Assembly (NCBI GenBank): GCA_049724395.1
Contig: JAUGWO010000112.1
Coordinates: 186,001 to 250,000, forward strand
Origin: Spongospora subterranea f. sp. subterranea
Lineage: Eukaryota
Reading direction: 5' to 3'
DNA length: 64,000 nt
A program made the translations under genes and the position numbers. The first letter of the stretch is position 1. Every line of letters begins with the position of its first letter. Below the pieces are notes generated by a model. The model ran no database searches. It saw only the letters and a program-made list of their open reading frames with translations, and had not been told where the DNA came from. Shown here piece by piece: positions 39,490 to 51,860 of the stretch.

Positions 39490-41955
39490 GTTCCACCACA
39501 CGTAATATTCCACCCCCATTCTCTCACCGTTCCACCACCGTTAAACACGTAATATCACCGTTCCACCCCCATTCTCTCACCGTTCCACCACCGTTAAACA
39601 CGTAATATCACCGCTCCACCCCCATTCTCTCACCGTTCCACCACCGTTAAACACGTAATATCACCGTTCCACCCCCATTCTCTCACCGTTCCACCACCGT
39701 TAAACACGTAATATCACCGCTCCACCCCCATTCTCTCACCGTTCCACCACCGTTAAACACGTAATATCACCGTTCCACCCCCATTCTCTCCGTTCCACCA
39801 CCGTTAAACACGTAATATCACCGCTCCACCCCCATTCTCTCACCGTTCCACCACCGTTAAACACGTAATATCACCGTTCCACCCCCATTCTCTCACCGTT
39901 CCACCACCGTTAAACACGTAATATCACCGCTCCACCCCCATTCTCTCACCGTTCCACCACCGTTAAACACGTAATATCACCGCTCCACCCCCATTCTCTC
40001 ACCGTTCCACCACCGTTAAACACGTAATATCACCGCTCCACCCCCATTCTCTCACCGTTCCACCACCGTTAAACACGTAATATCACCGCTCCACCCCCAT
40101 TCTCTCACCGTTCCACCACCGTTAAACACGTCTCACCGTTCCACCATTCTCCGTTAAACACGTAATATCACCGCTCCACCCCCATTCTCTCACCGTTCCA
40201 CCACCGTTAAACACGTAATATCACCGCTCCACCCCCATTCTCTCACCGTTCCACCACCGTTAAACACGTAATATCACCGTTAAACACGTAATATCCACCC
40301 CCATTCTCTCACCGTTCCACCACCGTTAAACACGTAATATCACCGCTCCACCCCCATTCTCTCACCGTTCCACCACCGTTAAACACGTAATATCTCTCTC
40401 ACCGTTCCACCACCGTTAAACACGTAATATCACCGCTCCACCCCCATTCTCTCACCGTTCCACCACCGTTAAACACGTAATATCACCGCTCCACCCCCAT
40501 TCTCTCACCGTTCCACCACCGTTAAACACGTAATATCACCGCTCCACCCCCATTCTCTCACCGTTCCACCACCGTTAAACACGTAATATCACCGTTCCAC
40601 CCCCATTCTCTCACCGTTCCACCACCGTTAAACACGTAATATCACCGCTCCACCCCCATTCTCTCACCGTTCCACCACCGTTAAACACGTAATATCACCG
40701 CTCCACCCCCATTCTCTCACCGTTCCACCACCGTTAAACACGTAATATCACCGTTCCACCCCCATTCTCTCACCGTTCCACCACCGTTAAACACGTAATA
40801 TCACCGTTCCACCCCCATTCTCTCACCGTTCCACCACCGTTAAACACGTAATATCACCGCTCCACCCCCATTCTCTCACCGTTCCACCACCGTTAAACAC
40901 GTAATATCACCGCTCCACCCCCATTCTCTCACCGTTCCACCACCGTTAAACACGTAATATCACCGCTCCACCCCCATTCTCTCACCGTTCCACCACCGTT
41001 AAACACGTAATATCACCGTTCCACCCCCATTCTCTCACCGTTCCACCACCGTTAAACACGTAATATCACCGCTCCACCCCCATTCTCTCACCGTTCCACC
41101 ACCGTTAAACACGTAATATCACCGCTCCACCCCCATTCTCTCACCGTTCCACCACCGTTAAACACGTAATATCACCGTTCCACCCCCATTCTCTCACCGT
41201 TCCACCACCGTTAAACACGTAATATCACCGTTCCACCCCCATTCTCTCACCGTTCCACCACCGTTAAACACGTAATATCACCGCTCCACCCCCATTCTCT
41301 CACCGTTCCACCACCGTTAAACACGTAATATCACCGCTCCACCCCCATTCTCTCACCGTTCCACCACCGTTAAACACGTAATATCACCGCTCCACCCCCA
41401 TTCTCTCACCGCTCCACCCCCACCGTTCCACCACCGTTAAACACGTAATATCACCGCTCCACCCCCATTCTCTCACCGTTCCACCACCGTTAAACACGTA
41501 ATATCACCGCTCCACCCCCATTCTCTCACCGTTCCACCACCGTTAAACACGTAATAATCCACCCCCATTCTCTCACCGTTCCACCACCGTTAAACACGTA
41601 ATATCACCGCTCCACCCCCATTCTCTCACCGTTCCACCACCGTTAAACACGTAATATCACCGTTCCACCCCCATTCTCTCACCGTTCCACCACCGTTAAA
41701 CACGTAATATCACCGTTCCACCCCCATTCTCTCACCGTTCCACCACCGTTAAACACGTAATATCACCTCCACCCCCATTCTCTCACCGTTCCACCACCGT
41801 TAAACACGTAATATCACCGCTCCACCCCCATTCTCTCACCGTTCCACCACCGTTAAACACGTAATATCACCGTTCCACCCCCATTCTCTCACCGTTCCAC
41901 CACCGTTAAACACGTAATATCACCGCTCCACTCCCATTCTCCCACCATCAAACAC
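39490..41955. repeat. Tandem array of a 53-bp C-rich unit, about 45 copies
   Basis: Unit TTAAACACGTAATATCACCG(C/T)TCCACCCCCATTCTCTCACCGTTCCACCACCG (period 39541->39594). Confidence 0.98.
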
Positions 41956-41960
41956 GTCAT

Positions 41961-42416
41961 GGGGCGGGGCGACCAAGCTCGTTGTTACTGATGCCATGAT
42001 GAGTATTGCGAACTTCGAAGTTGAGAAAACTTTGGAATGCAATGGAGTTGGTTCAAGGAGGCAGGCGTTCTTTTACTGGAACTCGAGTCGTGGCCGACTT
42101 CAGTAAGACGCAATAATCCTGACACTAAAAATCGCTGCGTCAATTGTTGATTACAATTGAGACCAGAAAAAATCAGACTTGATCGATGGTAAAACCCTTC
42201 AGGAGCTAGCATGATCAGCGAGTCGAAATCCCCTACGGTGATCAAAAACTGACGCAGCAACTTGTGATGCCAAGAGTATTGCGTCTTACTGAGGTCGGAC
42301 TCGAGTTCCAGTCAAGGAACGCCCTGCCCTCCTTGAACCAACTCCATGCATTCCAAGACTTTGTCAAATTCGGCGTTCGCAATACTCATCATTGCAACGC
42401 TTGGTCGCCCGCACCC
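41961..42416. repeat. Imperfect inverted repeat, ~180-190-bp arms (41961-42153 / 42238-42416), ~85-nt spacer
   Basis: GGCGACCAAGC...ATGATGAGTATTGCGAAC...TGGAGTTGGTTCAAGGAG...CAGTAAGACGCAATA...GCTGCGTCA is mirrored on the opposite strand at 42238-42416. Confidence 0.93.
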
Positions 42417-42536
42417 GTGCTCGCCTCTCAGATTTTATTAAAAAGGTAAGAAGCACGTACCGTCTCGTGCCATTTGAGCGGGAACAGGAGATTCGGGAAT
42501 GCTGCGATAATGATAAATATTCAGTATATTATTTGA

Positions 42537-45500
42537 TTATGAGTCAATAAGGGCCCGAACACGTTCGAGGTTGTGTTGAATCTCCTCGCAATGTGCCTCA
42601 GAAATCGTTGATAAACTTGCACGTTGGCTGATCAGTTGTTGTCTAACCATCGCGCACCCTTTTTGGCAATCATAAACCAGACTCCATAGTGTATTCGAGG
42701 CAAGCCTGACCGTTTGCAACTCCGTTTTAGCATCAGCAACCCTGAGGTGATTAACCAACACGGTAATCAGGCGGGTACTGGATAGCATCGCAGGTTTTAC
42801 CGGACCGTAAAACGACAGATTGTGGATGAATGTAATTGATGCGATCCGGACACTTTTCGCTTTGGATGAACAGCAGTCTAAGACGATGTCATAAAATTCA
42901 GGGATCAACATGTTGGCTACGTGAGCTTGACCCGGCCCACTACGAGCACAGCACGATAAGAAAAGCAGAACTGGGGATTGCAATATCGTTCGTCTGGATT
43001 TCCATCCACGCCGTAATTCGTTTAGGCAGGCCTCGATTACACTGGAGCGCAATATCGAAGGCAGCGTTTCGGAATTTGATGCAAATCCTTGCAGGCATTG
43101 TAGAGCCAATCTAGTTAACTGCGGCGGCGATGTTCGCGAGTTAACAACGATTTCGATTATCGCGGAAAGAATGCTTGAACGCTTCTGTTTTTTCGATTGC
43201 CCAGACAGAACAATCTTAGCATCCGGACAATCCGCACATAAATTCGAGCATAACTCCAGCAGATGATGGTGTAACGACTTGAATTCCGAACCGTGACGCC
43301 ATATTCTCAATGTCAACGGGCCGATGGCCAAGGAATTGACTACCTGAGTCTTGACCGTCACCGGACAGTTGAAGAGCAAAGCCTTGACGCATACGATCAG
43401 AAGTTGCATATCAAGATAAATAGGCGTCAGTAATGCAGAGCTCCCAGGAGGTGCAGAAAATTGTCGCGCCACCGCGATATTATGCAAAGCATCAATCCGA
43501 TCGAGTAATAGCTTCAACGTCGGGTCGGTATTGGGAGATAATAAGGATTTCGATGACTGAGGGGCGATCTTGGCCAAGTATGTTAGAGTGCGCCCATAAA
43601 GCCACGCGTCGATGGGAGGAGAATCGTTGGGCTCCTGTTGATAATAACTTCGTCGATTCAAGCTCAGGATAATCATCCTAACCAGCCGTTGCAAAAGGGC
43701 CGCGATCACTGAACCTTGAAGCGGATCATCAGAAACCCGATCAAATACGAAATCTGGTCGTGACATCTCCTCGCAGATTGCAATAAGCAACTGACAGGAC
43801 GCGCACTGCAAACTGACATTTGACGTTGATAAAGTGCTGCCGATATGCTTGAGGAAATCGGCTGGAATGTTGGGTGTACCACGAATCAAAACTGGAACAA
43901 GACTTGAAGGAGTCAGACAACCAAGAAAATCAACAACCGATTCGATACGGCATGATAAATCAGGACGCGACATAACACGACCGAAAAACCGTATTGAATT
44001 AGTTATGAGCTGGGTGTTGGTGCAAATATTATCCCGACCATGTCCTAGATCGATTATACGACGGAGAATATCCAGCCAGACTAAACCACATTCAATGGCA
44101 ACTGGCTCCTCCATGACAGACCAAGTGTTGATGGGCTCATTAGGCGCCAACAGCGAAGAAGATTCTCTCACATGAGCAGTCCAAGGAATCATCAGCGAAT
44201 CGACATCCAAAAACCTGAGAAACATAGGAAACTGAGCAAAATCAAAAATCTGGGAAATAACGGCATCGGGAGAAATCGTCAGCAGCCTCATGATTAGGTA
44301 CAGAAAAGAAAGAAAAAATGATGGCGATGAATTCGCGGAACGTATCCAACCTGGGATATAAGTGACCACGCCCATCAACGAGCGCCTTGCATCTTCGTCG
44401 TTATCCTCAGCTCCCATCGGGACCGTCGCCATTAAGGCTATGGCTGCTTGTCTAACGATTGGCGCCTGAGAATGATCGGCGCTAAGATGAAGAGCCGTTG
44501 ACCACATATCCATTCCAGCGCTGGCAGAAGATGTGATTGCAGAGTATAATTCAGGGACGTGAGCGAACCGCGTTAGCAACGATAGTGCCTGGGCGCGAAG
44601 CTGCGACTCACGGTCAGTGATGAGACGCCAGGTCCATCGTAGAGAACCGTCAGCCATTAAACATTCAGGTGGAATCGCTGAAGATTCCGATAGTTGAAGC
44701 AGAGTCTTAACAGCCGAGCGGATACCTGACTGCCCGATGAACGAGTTCGGCAATCGGTTCGACGACAAAAATACGACACACGACGAAGCAACCACAGCCA
44801 AACCTGATTCCTCAAACGCCGTCATGTTCATAATTGAATAACAAGATTGGATATACGATTTGGCATAAAACGGCAATGTGATCATAGAGTAAAGATTTTG
44901 CAGAGCGTTGAAAAGACTCGAAAACACATCAGCTCGATAATCCGAAACATGTTGAAGTATCCGGAATGTGAGGTCCAGCAATCCAAACAACAGAACTTCG
45001 GTGAACGACGATGAATGGTCTCCAGACCCATTGTTTAACCGACCGACAACGATCGGTAAAACGTTGAAGACGATTATTTCTAGTATTTTGGCTAGGAAAG
45101 ACTGATTTGCTGCTGGAAACACTAACGCGTCAAGCAGCGTTATAACGGCGATATCATCATCTCGACTCAATGGAGCTGTTGAGAAAAAACGATCAAGGGC
45201 TGAATGATCATCTATTTCTAAGAGTGCTTTTGCACTCAACATATCGACTGTACAAAAAGCTTTCAGGCTAGAAGTGGCCTCCAAAAGCTCAGAAAACCTT
45301 GTTGAATCTCTAATACGAATAAGAAGGTCCTTCATAATCCCTTTTACGTCGGTTCGGGGAGGCAAATCACGACTAGAAGCCATCTGATCTCGGATGATTC
45401 TGGTAATCCGTTGATTGTGATCAAGAGATTTTTCATACAGACGCTCTATTGGCGTTAAGTGGATCGACTTGAAAGGGCAACGATAAAATGAGAGGACTTT

Positions 45501-48128
45501 GGTCGGAACCGGATAAGTGAAATTCACAGTATTGTTATCCGATAGAGAATAAGATATACGAGTATCTTTGAGCCCGATTGCTTGAGGATTAAAGGCAATA
45601 GCTGCCAAAGCCTCACCAATTGAGTTCCTCACGTTCACGTCGGGATGGAACATCAACGGGAGTAACGTCTTGGCAATATTCTCAGACATCAGACCCGACA
45701 TTTGGCCTCTCTGGAGATTGACGAAGATCGCCTGGGTTATCAGTTTACACGATAAGAACAAGATTGACTGACATTCGGCACCATCATCGATCACAGGGGT
45801 AAGCAAATCGATATAATGGGACTGAATTTGATCAAGCAAAGTATCAACCAATCCGAGCAAGTCGGTTGCTGACCTCCCGTTGAAATCGGCTGTAAAAAAT
45901 CGAAGCAATTGTTCCGACGCTGAGCAGCGAATTGACAGATCAAGATTGAAGGAGCAAAATATTTTCACGAGATTCTCAACGTCACGTTGCTGAAAAACCG
46001 GGGAGCCAGCGGAAGCGGCCAAGAGAGATTTGTTGAAAACGTCTTGCGTGATATCGAATGGATCTTGAATTTTACAAAGATTCAAATCAAGGACTCCACT
46101 TTGGTCGGTATTAAGGTAGAGACTTTGCGTCAAATGCTGGAGGACAATCGACCTGACCGTAATCGTAGCTTTACGTCTTTGTATGGGATCCAGATGAAAA
46201 ATCCTTCTCAGCGATGCAAAAAAACGGTCTTCTGGAGTTAAAATGCTGTCTATAAACGCCACGACTCCAGCCAATGATGAATCTCCTGAATCTAGCATTT
46301 CTAGGATGCATCGGAACGGTTGAAGTGCGTCTAGAAATGTTTCTGGGGATGAAGTACATGCGTGAACAAGTAGCTCGCCACATGAGACGCTGACTCCAGA
46401 TGCCGAGTCGCTCAGGCCATGATAAATAACTTCACGTAAGAATACTTGATCCATTACAAACCAGGGTAGCTCGCCATTAGACGAGAGCACTGCTGAATCC
46501 AGATACTTAATCACTGAGTGTCGTACACCATCTTCCCAGTAAGTTATCAGTCGGAGAAGAATGTCGAACGCAAGGGTGGGACAGTTGTGCTGGTTGATGC
46601 AGTCGTTCAGTTCATCTAAAACCGTTGGTAAAATATCAACATAATATCCAACTCCGTTGATAGCTTGCGACATTAAGTCCAACCTCGTCATCAAAGGTTC
46701 GGAGCGGGAATTGTGTAATTTCTCAATAGCTGAGATGACAGATTTGGCATCGGCGTAATCCATCGCAGCTGGATGCTTGACAAAATACAAAACTTGAAAT
46801 ATTTCTTCGCATAACTCTGGCCGACACTGAGCAAACTGTGCATTGCATAAGATATCTCCAAGCGCATCTCCAAGCAAATTTGGAATCGAAGTTAATAGCG
46901 GGGGGCGCCTGAGAAAGCGGAGTATGATCGGAAGAAGCAGATTTATCGTATCAGATATACAAGTATCCTTCAGGTAAAATCGAAGAACGGACCCGAACGC
47001 ATCAAGTTGGGCAGTGAATAAATCGAGAGGCGGACTCACGTCAGAGCGAAAACAGCTAAATTGCACGATTTCGGCCAGAACCAGAGCATAAGCAGTGGCC
47101 TTATAGGGATTTTTCAATACAGGAAGAACAGAGTCGATGACAGAGTTGGCGAAAAATTCTAAACTAAGATTACTTCGAAGGGCGAGGGATTCCTGAAGAC
47201 TGCGGCGATTCTGATCAACAGATTTTGGGGTTGAGGATACATCACGAGGGGGATATTGAACCTCCTCAATCTCAGAAAAAGCGTCACTAACACATAATGC
47301 GGACGGCCGAGACGCGGGATCGACTAGGCGACAAATCGAGACTCGTAAGTTCGAACAGATACTCGTTAGGCATGACGCCACGATCGAGTCAATCCTTAAC
47401 TGATCCGGTATTGCGATAAGATCCAACAGATTCAGCAGCAGTTGTGGACGTTGAAGAAACACTTCCGGGGGGAAATCGCGTATGGTATCTCGAAGCATTT
47501 CGATCAGTGTATTTTCGACGAGAATCATATCCTTCGATTTCAGCCTCAGTGCCATATCGAACAGAGTTCTTTCGTCATTGCGGATGAGCGGCACAAACGG
47601 AAATCGCCACGATTTGATATTATGATCGGCAAGTAAACGAATAGACGGGGTATCAGCAGACAGCTGTTTTGACGTTGAAACCACGACCGAGCTGGGTTTT
47701 GCATTTGATGATGGGGGCGTCATACTCGTGGGAGCCGGACAAATTAAATGGTCGTCCCCAGAGGTGTTAGCGAATACCAGCCTCATTAACTTATCGACGG
47801 AGACGTGAATTGACGATTTAAATGAGTCAGCTTTCAGAGATTGTAAGACGTGCAAGATTCCGAACTTCGCTAATTTCACTTTGGGCGCAAGTTGGCATAA
47901 AATTTCAAGCACGTCCAGCTCCCTGGACGAATCCTCATATTTGAACCAAGTCACTAACGACAAGATGATCATGTCATCCTGACAAATCATGTCCTCCGAT
48001 ACCAGACCTGCACGCATCTTGGACAATAAACTGTCGAGCGCCCTTATCCGGATTTCCGAGATTTGATGACTCAGTTTGTCGGCTATAGCCTGCAGCATGT
48101 ACCTATTGTCATCGTGGCCTCGTTCCAT
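42537..48128 (-). CDS. RTTN: Rotatin-like ARM/HEAT-repeat centriolar protein, 1863 aa, intronless
   Basis: N-terminal KLSHQISEIRIRALDSLLSK and DFPPEVFLQRP match the recalled rotatin N-terminus; all-helical; C-terminal LWSLVYDCQKG. Confidence 0.85.
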   Translation of the reverse strand: MERGHDDNRYMLQAIADKLSHQISEIRIRALDSLLSKMRAGLVSEDMICQDDMIILSLVTWFKYEDSSRELDVLEILCQLAPKVKLAKFGILHVLQSLKADSFKSSIHVSVDKLMRLVFANTSGDDHLICPAPTSMTPPSSNAKPSSVVVSTSKQLSADTPSIRLLADHNIKSWRFPFVPLIRNDERTLFDMALRLKSKDMILVENTLIEMLRDTIRDFPPEVFLQRPQLLLNLLDLIAIPDQLRIDSIVASCLTSICSNLRVSICRLVDPASRPSALCVSDAFSEIEEVQYPPRDVSSTPKSVDQNRRSLQESLALRSNLSLEFFANSVIDSVLPVLKNPYKATAYALVLAEIVQFSCFRSDVSPPLDLFTAQLDAFGSVLRFYLKDTCISDTINLLLPIILRFLRRPPLLTSIPNLLGDALGDILCNAQFAQCRPELCEEIFQVLYFVKHPAAMDYADAKSVISAIEKLHNSRSEPLMTRLDLMSQAINGVGYYVDILPTVLDELNDCINQHNCPTLAFDILLRLITYWEDGVRHSVIKYLDSAVLSSNGELPWFVMDQVFLREVIYHGLSDSASGVSVSCGELLVHACTSSPETFLDALQPFRCILEMLDSGDSSLAGVVAFIDSILTPEDRFFASLRRIFHLDPIQRRKATITVRSIVLQHLTQSLYLNTDQSGVLDLNLCKIQDPFDITQDVFNKSLLAASAGSPVFQQRDVENLVKIFCSFNLDLSIRCSASEQLLRFFTADFNGRSATDLLGLVDTLLDQIQSHYIDLLTPVIDDGAECQSILFLSCKLITQAIFVNLQRGQMSGLMSENIAKTLLPLMFHPDVNVRNSIGEALAAIAFNPQAIGLKDTRISYSLSDNNTVNFTYPVPTKVLSFYRCPFKSIHLTPIERLYEKSLDHNQRITRIIRDQMASSRDLPPRTDVKGIMKDLLIRIRDSTRFSELLEATSSLKAFCTVDMLSAKALLEIDDHSALDRFFSTAPLSRDDDIAVITLLDALVFPAANQSFLAKILEIIVFNVLPIVVGRLNNGSGDHSSSFTEVLLFGLLDLTFRILQHVSDYRADVFSSLFNALQNLYSMITLPFYAKSYIQSCYSIMNMTAFEESGLAVVASSCVVFLSSNRLPNSFIGQSGIRSAVKTLLQLSESSAIPPECLMADGSLRWTWRLITDRESQLRAQALSLLTRFAHVPELYSAITSSASAGMDMWSTALHLSADHSQAPIVRQAAIALMATVPMGAEDNDEDARRSLMGVVTYIPGWIRSANSSPSFFLSFLYLIMRLLTISPDAVISQIFDFAQFPMFLRFLDVDSLMIPWTAHVRESSSLLAPNEPINTWSVMEEPVAIECGLVWLDILRRIIDLGHGRDNICTNTQLITNSIRFFGRVMSRPDLSCRIESVVDFLGCLTPSSLVPVLIRGTPNIPADFLKHIGSTLSTSNVSLQCASCQLLIAICEEMSRPDFVFDRVSDDPLQGSVIAALLQRLVRMIILSLNRRSYYQQEPNDSPPIDAWLYGRTLTYLAKIAPQSSKSLLSPNTDPTLKLLLDRIDALHNIAVARQFSAPPGSSALLTPIYLDMQLLIVCVKALLFNCPVTVKTQVVNSLAIGPLTLRIWRHGSEFKSLHHHLLELCSNLCADCPDAKIVLSGQSKKQKRSSILSAIIEIVVNSRTSPPQLTRLALQCLQGFASNSETLPSILRSSVIEACLNELRRGWKSRRTILQSPVLLFLSCCARSGPGQAHVANMLIPEFYDIVLDCCSSKAKSVRIASITFIHNLSFYGPVKPAMLSSTRLITVLVNHLRVADAKTELQTVRLASNTLWSLVYDCQKGCAMVRQQLISQRASLSTISEAHCEEIQHNLERVRALIDS

Positions 48129-49809
48129 TTCTCCGCCCTATATGGTTCATAAAATCGCCCCCGCCTGAAACCGATCAAGATATAGTCTGACCTGAAAATT
48201 CCTCCAGAATACAGTGATACCATTCCCATTGACTGGTGCGTGAACTTTTTTGAAATACAAATGGCGCGGCCTCAGACATTGTCACATGGCGGGTGCAGCC
48301 CCGCACCATTTGTTGACTTGACAGACGTTGTTGAGTCTGGTGTACACTGGCCATGGCCGCTCCTCCGATTATCAACTGGAATTGTTTGAAAATTTCCAGT
48401 GAATTTCCAACAACGAAACGATCGCCAAAGACTCGGTCTGTCTTCGACAGGTAGGGTTCACCATTTCTGGGCGAGATGGTTTTATGAATGGGGTGATGCA
48501 TGCCGTGAATGAATTCCGCGAAAATCGATGTAGTGTCTTTGTCAGCAAGGCCGCTGGTCACAATTTGACCCAGTATGCAGCTTATCAAGAGTTGGCGTCT
48601 TTTGTTAACTCAACGATCTCGCAGACAAATGGGCAAAATTTGGACCGTTGTTAAGGCTAAAGCCTATATACAAGCAATTGCCAAACGAATAAGACGGGAT
48701 CTAGAGCTCTCAAGCCCTCTGTGAACTCTCATACTTGGCCGTCCTCTACATTTTGGGATAACTTGTGTACCGGATTTTAGCCTTAGCGATGGTTCATCTG
48801 CGATTCATGACGTCAACGCTTGATTAGCTGCGTTCGTGATCAGGTCAATTTGACCAACACAACGGCCCACCGGTTTGTTGATCGGCATCATGAGCACTAC
48901 GAGAAGATGATCAGGGACTGTAACCCTTTAGCCGGTATCATAATTATATTCGTTTCAGGTGATCATGTAACAGCATATCACCCGATATGTCTTTGAGCGA
49001 GCAACCAACGTTTATACAGTTTTTCGCCACATCTAAGTAGATTACTTCTGATTCTGATGAGGAGATGATGCTGGTCCACCTCCGTGCACGAATTTCGTGG
49101 AATATCCTTGGGCTGTCTATATGCCGAGAATGAACCGCTCTAAAGATAATTAGACTTTCTTTTCAAAGCAGAGAAGTCCAGTACTCGAGGTGAATAGATC
49201 GAGATCATCAGTGAGATATACGCAGCAATCGCTCACTCTTGTTCAATCAAACAACTTCTTCCAAAACCGAACAGATATCTACAGTTGTCAATAATGTGAA
49301 GTGCCCTCTGATGATCGATTGCACCCTATCGAGTCTGTCACCTTCTCTATAGTACGCTGAATGTGCTCCTCCGGGTCGCTAAGCTCGTTTGGGTCACCTT
49401 TTTCATAACTGAACTGGCCGTTTCGCCAACTGCATGAGACAATCTTTTACGGCAAGACAATTCTCTTGTTTTCAACCGTTTTTTTTTTAATCAAACAGTT
49501 GATTCGACGCGAAATGGTTGTCGGGCGATTGAAGGCCTAGCAAGTTTACCATTACAAATTCTCAGAAAAACTTGGTTCATCGCATTGTTAGGAGGTCATT
49601 CCGATATTGTTGCCTGTTTTTTGGTTTCAACGATGTACTTCCAGGGGCCAATTTCATTTGTTGTCTGGTGAAAACACCAGTTTGGGCTGGGTTTCGAACT
49701 CTCTATTCTACGTGTTGAGCGATGGGCAAGTTCCAGCTGACATTTATCGATGTTTATAATGTGCTATCTAATTTCTATATCGGATCGGTGCCCATCATCT
49801 CTCTATGGT

Positions 49810-51860
49810 TTATAGAGGATGAGCCCATCGCCCGCCCATATCCCTTCTCTGCTGCCTCATCATCTCACCTGCATGCAATCTGACCAGATGTCTCAGCAAC
49901 ACATATCTCAAACCCATACTCCAAACCCACATTCTCCCAGCAGTTGTGTTAATTTCAGCACCCTCTTTTCGTCCAACATGTAGAGTTTGGCGAAATTTTT
50001 GGCCAGAGCTTCTGGTTGAGAGTGCTGGAAAATGGCGATTCGGCCCATTCGTCCATTGCTAACTTCCACGTCAACGTTGAGGAGGGGAATCGGTTTCGAT
50101 CGCGGCGTCAAATGGGTTCTGAACCATTCTTCGTGTCTAGCGTCATCAGTGTGGCGTCTTGTATTCCTTCGGGAGGCGAATCGCTCCCTGCGATTATACC
50201 GATCGATATACTCCTGCCCGAGCTGCGCCAGATCCTCGGCTGCTTTCAACCTCAACCTGGCCGCTCGTCGAGACCTGCACAAATGTATCAGACGCCATCG
50301 TCGCAGACGCCGTTACTGGTTGTCCCGAACCTTTCAACGGTTTTCCTGAACCCTCGTGGCATAGGGCGTTCTTCATATACGGCAGCCGGAACCTCTTTCA
50401 TATGAAATTCTCTCACTGGAGAGGGTTGGCGCAATTCAACCTTGGGCGCTTTGCGTTCCTGCTGTCGTCGAACCCCATGCTGGTACAGGATCTCGAAGCG
50501 GTTCTTGGGATCCCGGAACCGGTTCAGGATCCCGCTTGTCGCCTGTGTCATATCCAGTTTCGGTCTGAACGTGCACGGTTCGAGTTCCTGTTCATGGGCT
50601 CGCGCCATTCGGGCATCCCTGCGCCGTTGATACGACACCGCCTCCCTCTGTAGCTCCTCGACAAATCTCCTTCCCCCTACACCAACGGCATTATGTAAAC
50701 AATCCAATCGCCCTCCCCAACAAAACAAGTGAATTTCTCGAAAACGTGTTGTCGTTGTGAGAATTGGCGATCGAACCTGGTTTCCTTGCCCGACTTGCGA
50801 GGAGTTCCGATCTAGGAATAACATTAGGGTGATAGTTGAATTCAGTGTCTTGGATCGTGTTCGATCTGGCGCTCTGGTTAATCGGGTGCATGAGGCGGAT
50901 AAGGATGGCGTTATTGACCAGCTTCCGTCCGATCTGGAAAAACGACGGATTGACATTATCGTGGGAAGCGCTTTCCGGGAGCGGAATCGATGATGTGGGA
51001 AGTGAGGGAACGATGGCCACTTGTTCCATGACTTGTCGCATCCCCGCCTTCTCGAATTGCGATTGGCCTTTCTTGGGGCGATGTGTCTCCTCGAGTGAAG
51101 TCAGCGCCACCGGGAACAGGATCAGAATCAGGTATCGGTAGCAGATGGAGAACGGGACCAGATCGCCGTTCGACTCCTGCTTTAGTATCGACCAGAACTG
51201 ATCGATCACTGACGATAGCGATGATGACGTGGCAGTTGACGCCGTCTCAATAATCTCCAACACGGCCAACAGGCTCCTGAACGCTGATCGATCAATTCTC
51301 CCGCAGCGCTGTTCATCGACTTCTACGAATTTCTCGACGATATCCGCCCTGGCTTTCTTTAGCTCAGCCAGTTTCGAATCCGATATCGGCGGTTCCCTCG
51401 CCGATCGCAGCTCGGCTTGGTGCTGTTTTCTCATCCGATCCAATCGGTGCCTGATCACGGCTGCGTCATCGTACAGTACCTGGTCAATGGTCCTGGTCGG
51501 ATCGCGACGATGAGCTCGATTGCCAGTGAACCGGGCCTTGATCTGATTCTCTTCATCGATTATCGCCAACAACATGTTGGTTCTAGGGCGATGTTCCGCC
51601 ATTGACAGCCGTTTGGACGACTCATCCTGAAGCCGTCGACGATCACCGACGGGCGACACCTTGAGAAATTCGGGGCCAACGGCTGGACCTTCGGGTTGGG
51701 TTGATGAGAACGATTCGGCTGCCCGATGGATGCTGTTGCGAAGGAATGTGGTGGCGCTAGCCCAAGGGGAAGCGGTGATCGGTTGATCATCGTCGGCCTC
51801 GGAACCAACCACATCCTCCTCCTGGAGATCCTGTAGACTCAGAACCCTCGCCGAGTGCAT
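49810..51860 (-). CDS. Hypothetical coiled-coil protein, multi-exon
   Basis: 389-aa first exon, then ELEPCTFRPKL repeat-type motif and C-terminal PLLNVDVEVSNGRMGRIAIFQHSQPEALAKNFAKLY; GT-AG intron ~50277-50336. Confidence 0.65.

Noticed and set aside
39490..41955. Telomeric or interstitial telomeric repeat
   Set aside because: The unit is 53 bp with no TTAGGG/TTTAGGG-type repeat, and genes lie on both sides
42836..47636. Plus-strand ORFs inside rotatin (and similar ORFs opposite PPAN and RRP9)
   Set aside because: Antisense shadows of long coding regions
48175..49600. Possible gene between rotatin and the coiled-coil gene
   Set aside because: Only short ORFs with no recognisable motif; strand and exons could not be supported
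49795..49825. Short hairpin CATCTCTCTAT-GGTTT-ATAGAGGATG
   Set aside because: Short, overlaps a gene 3' end, and is within chance expectation
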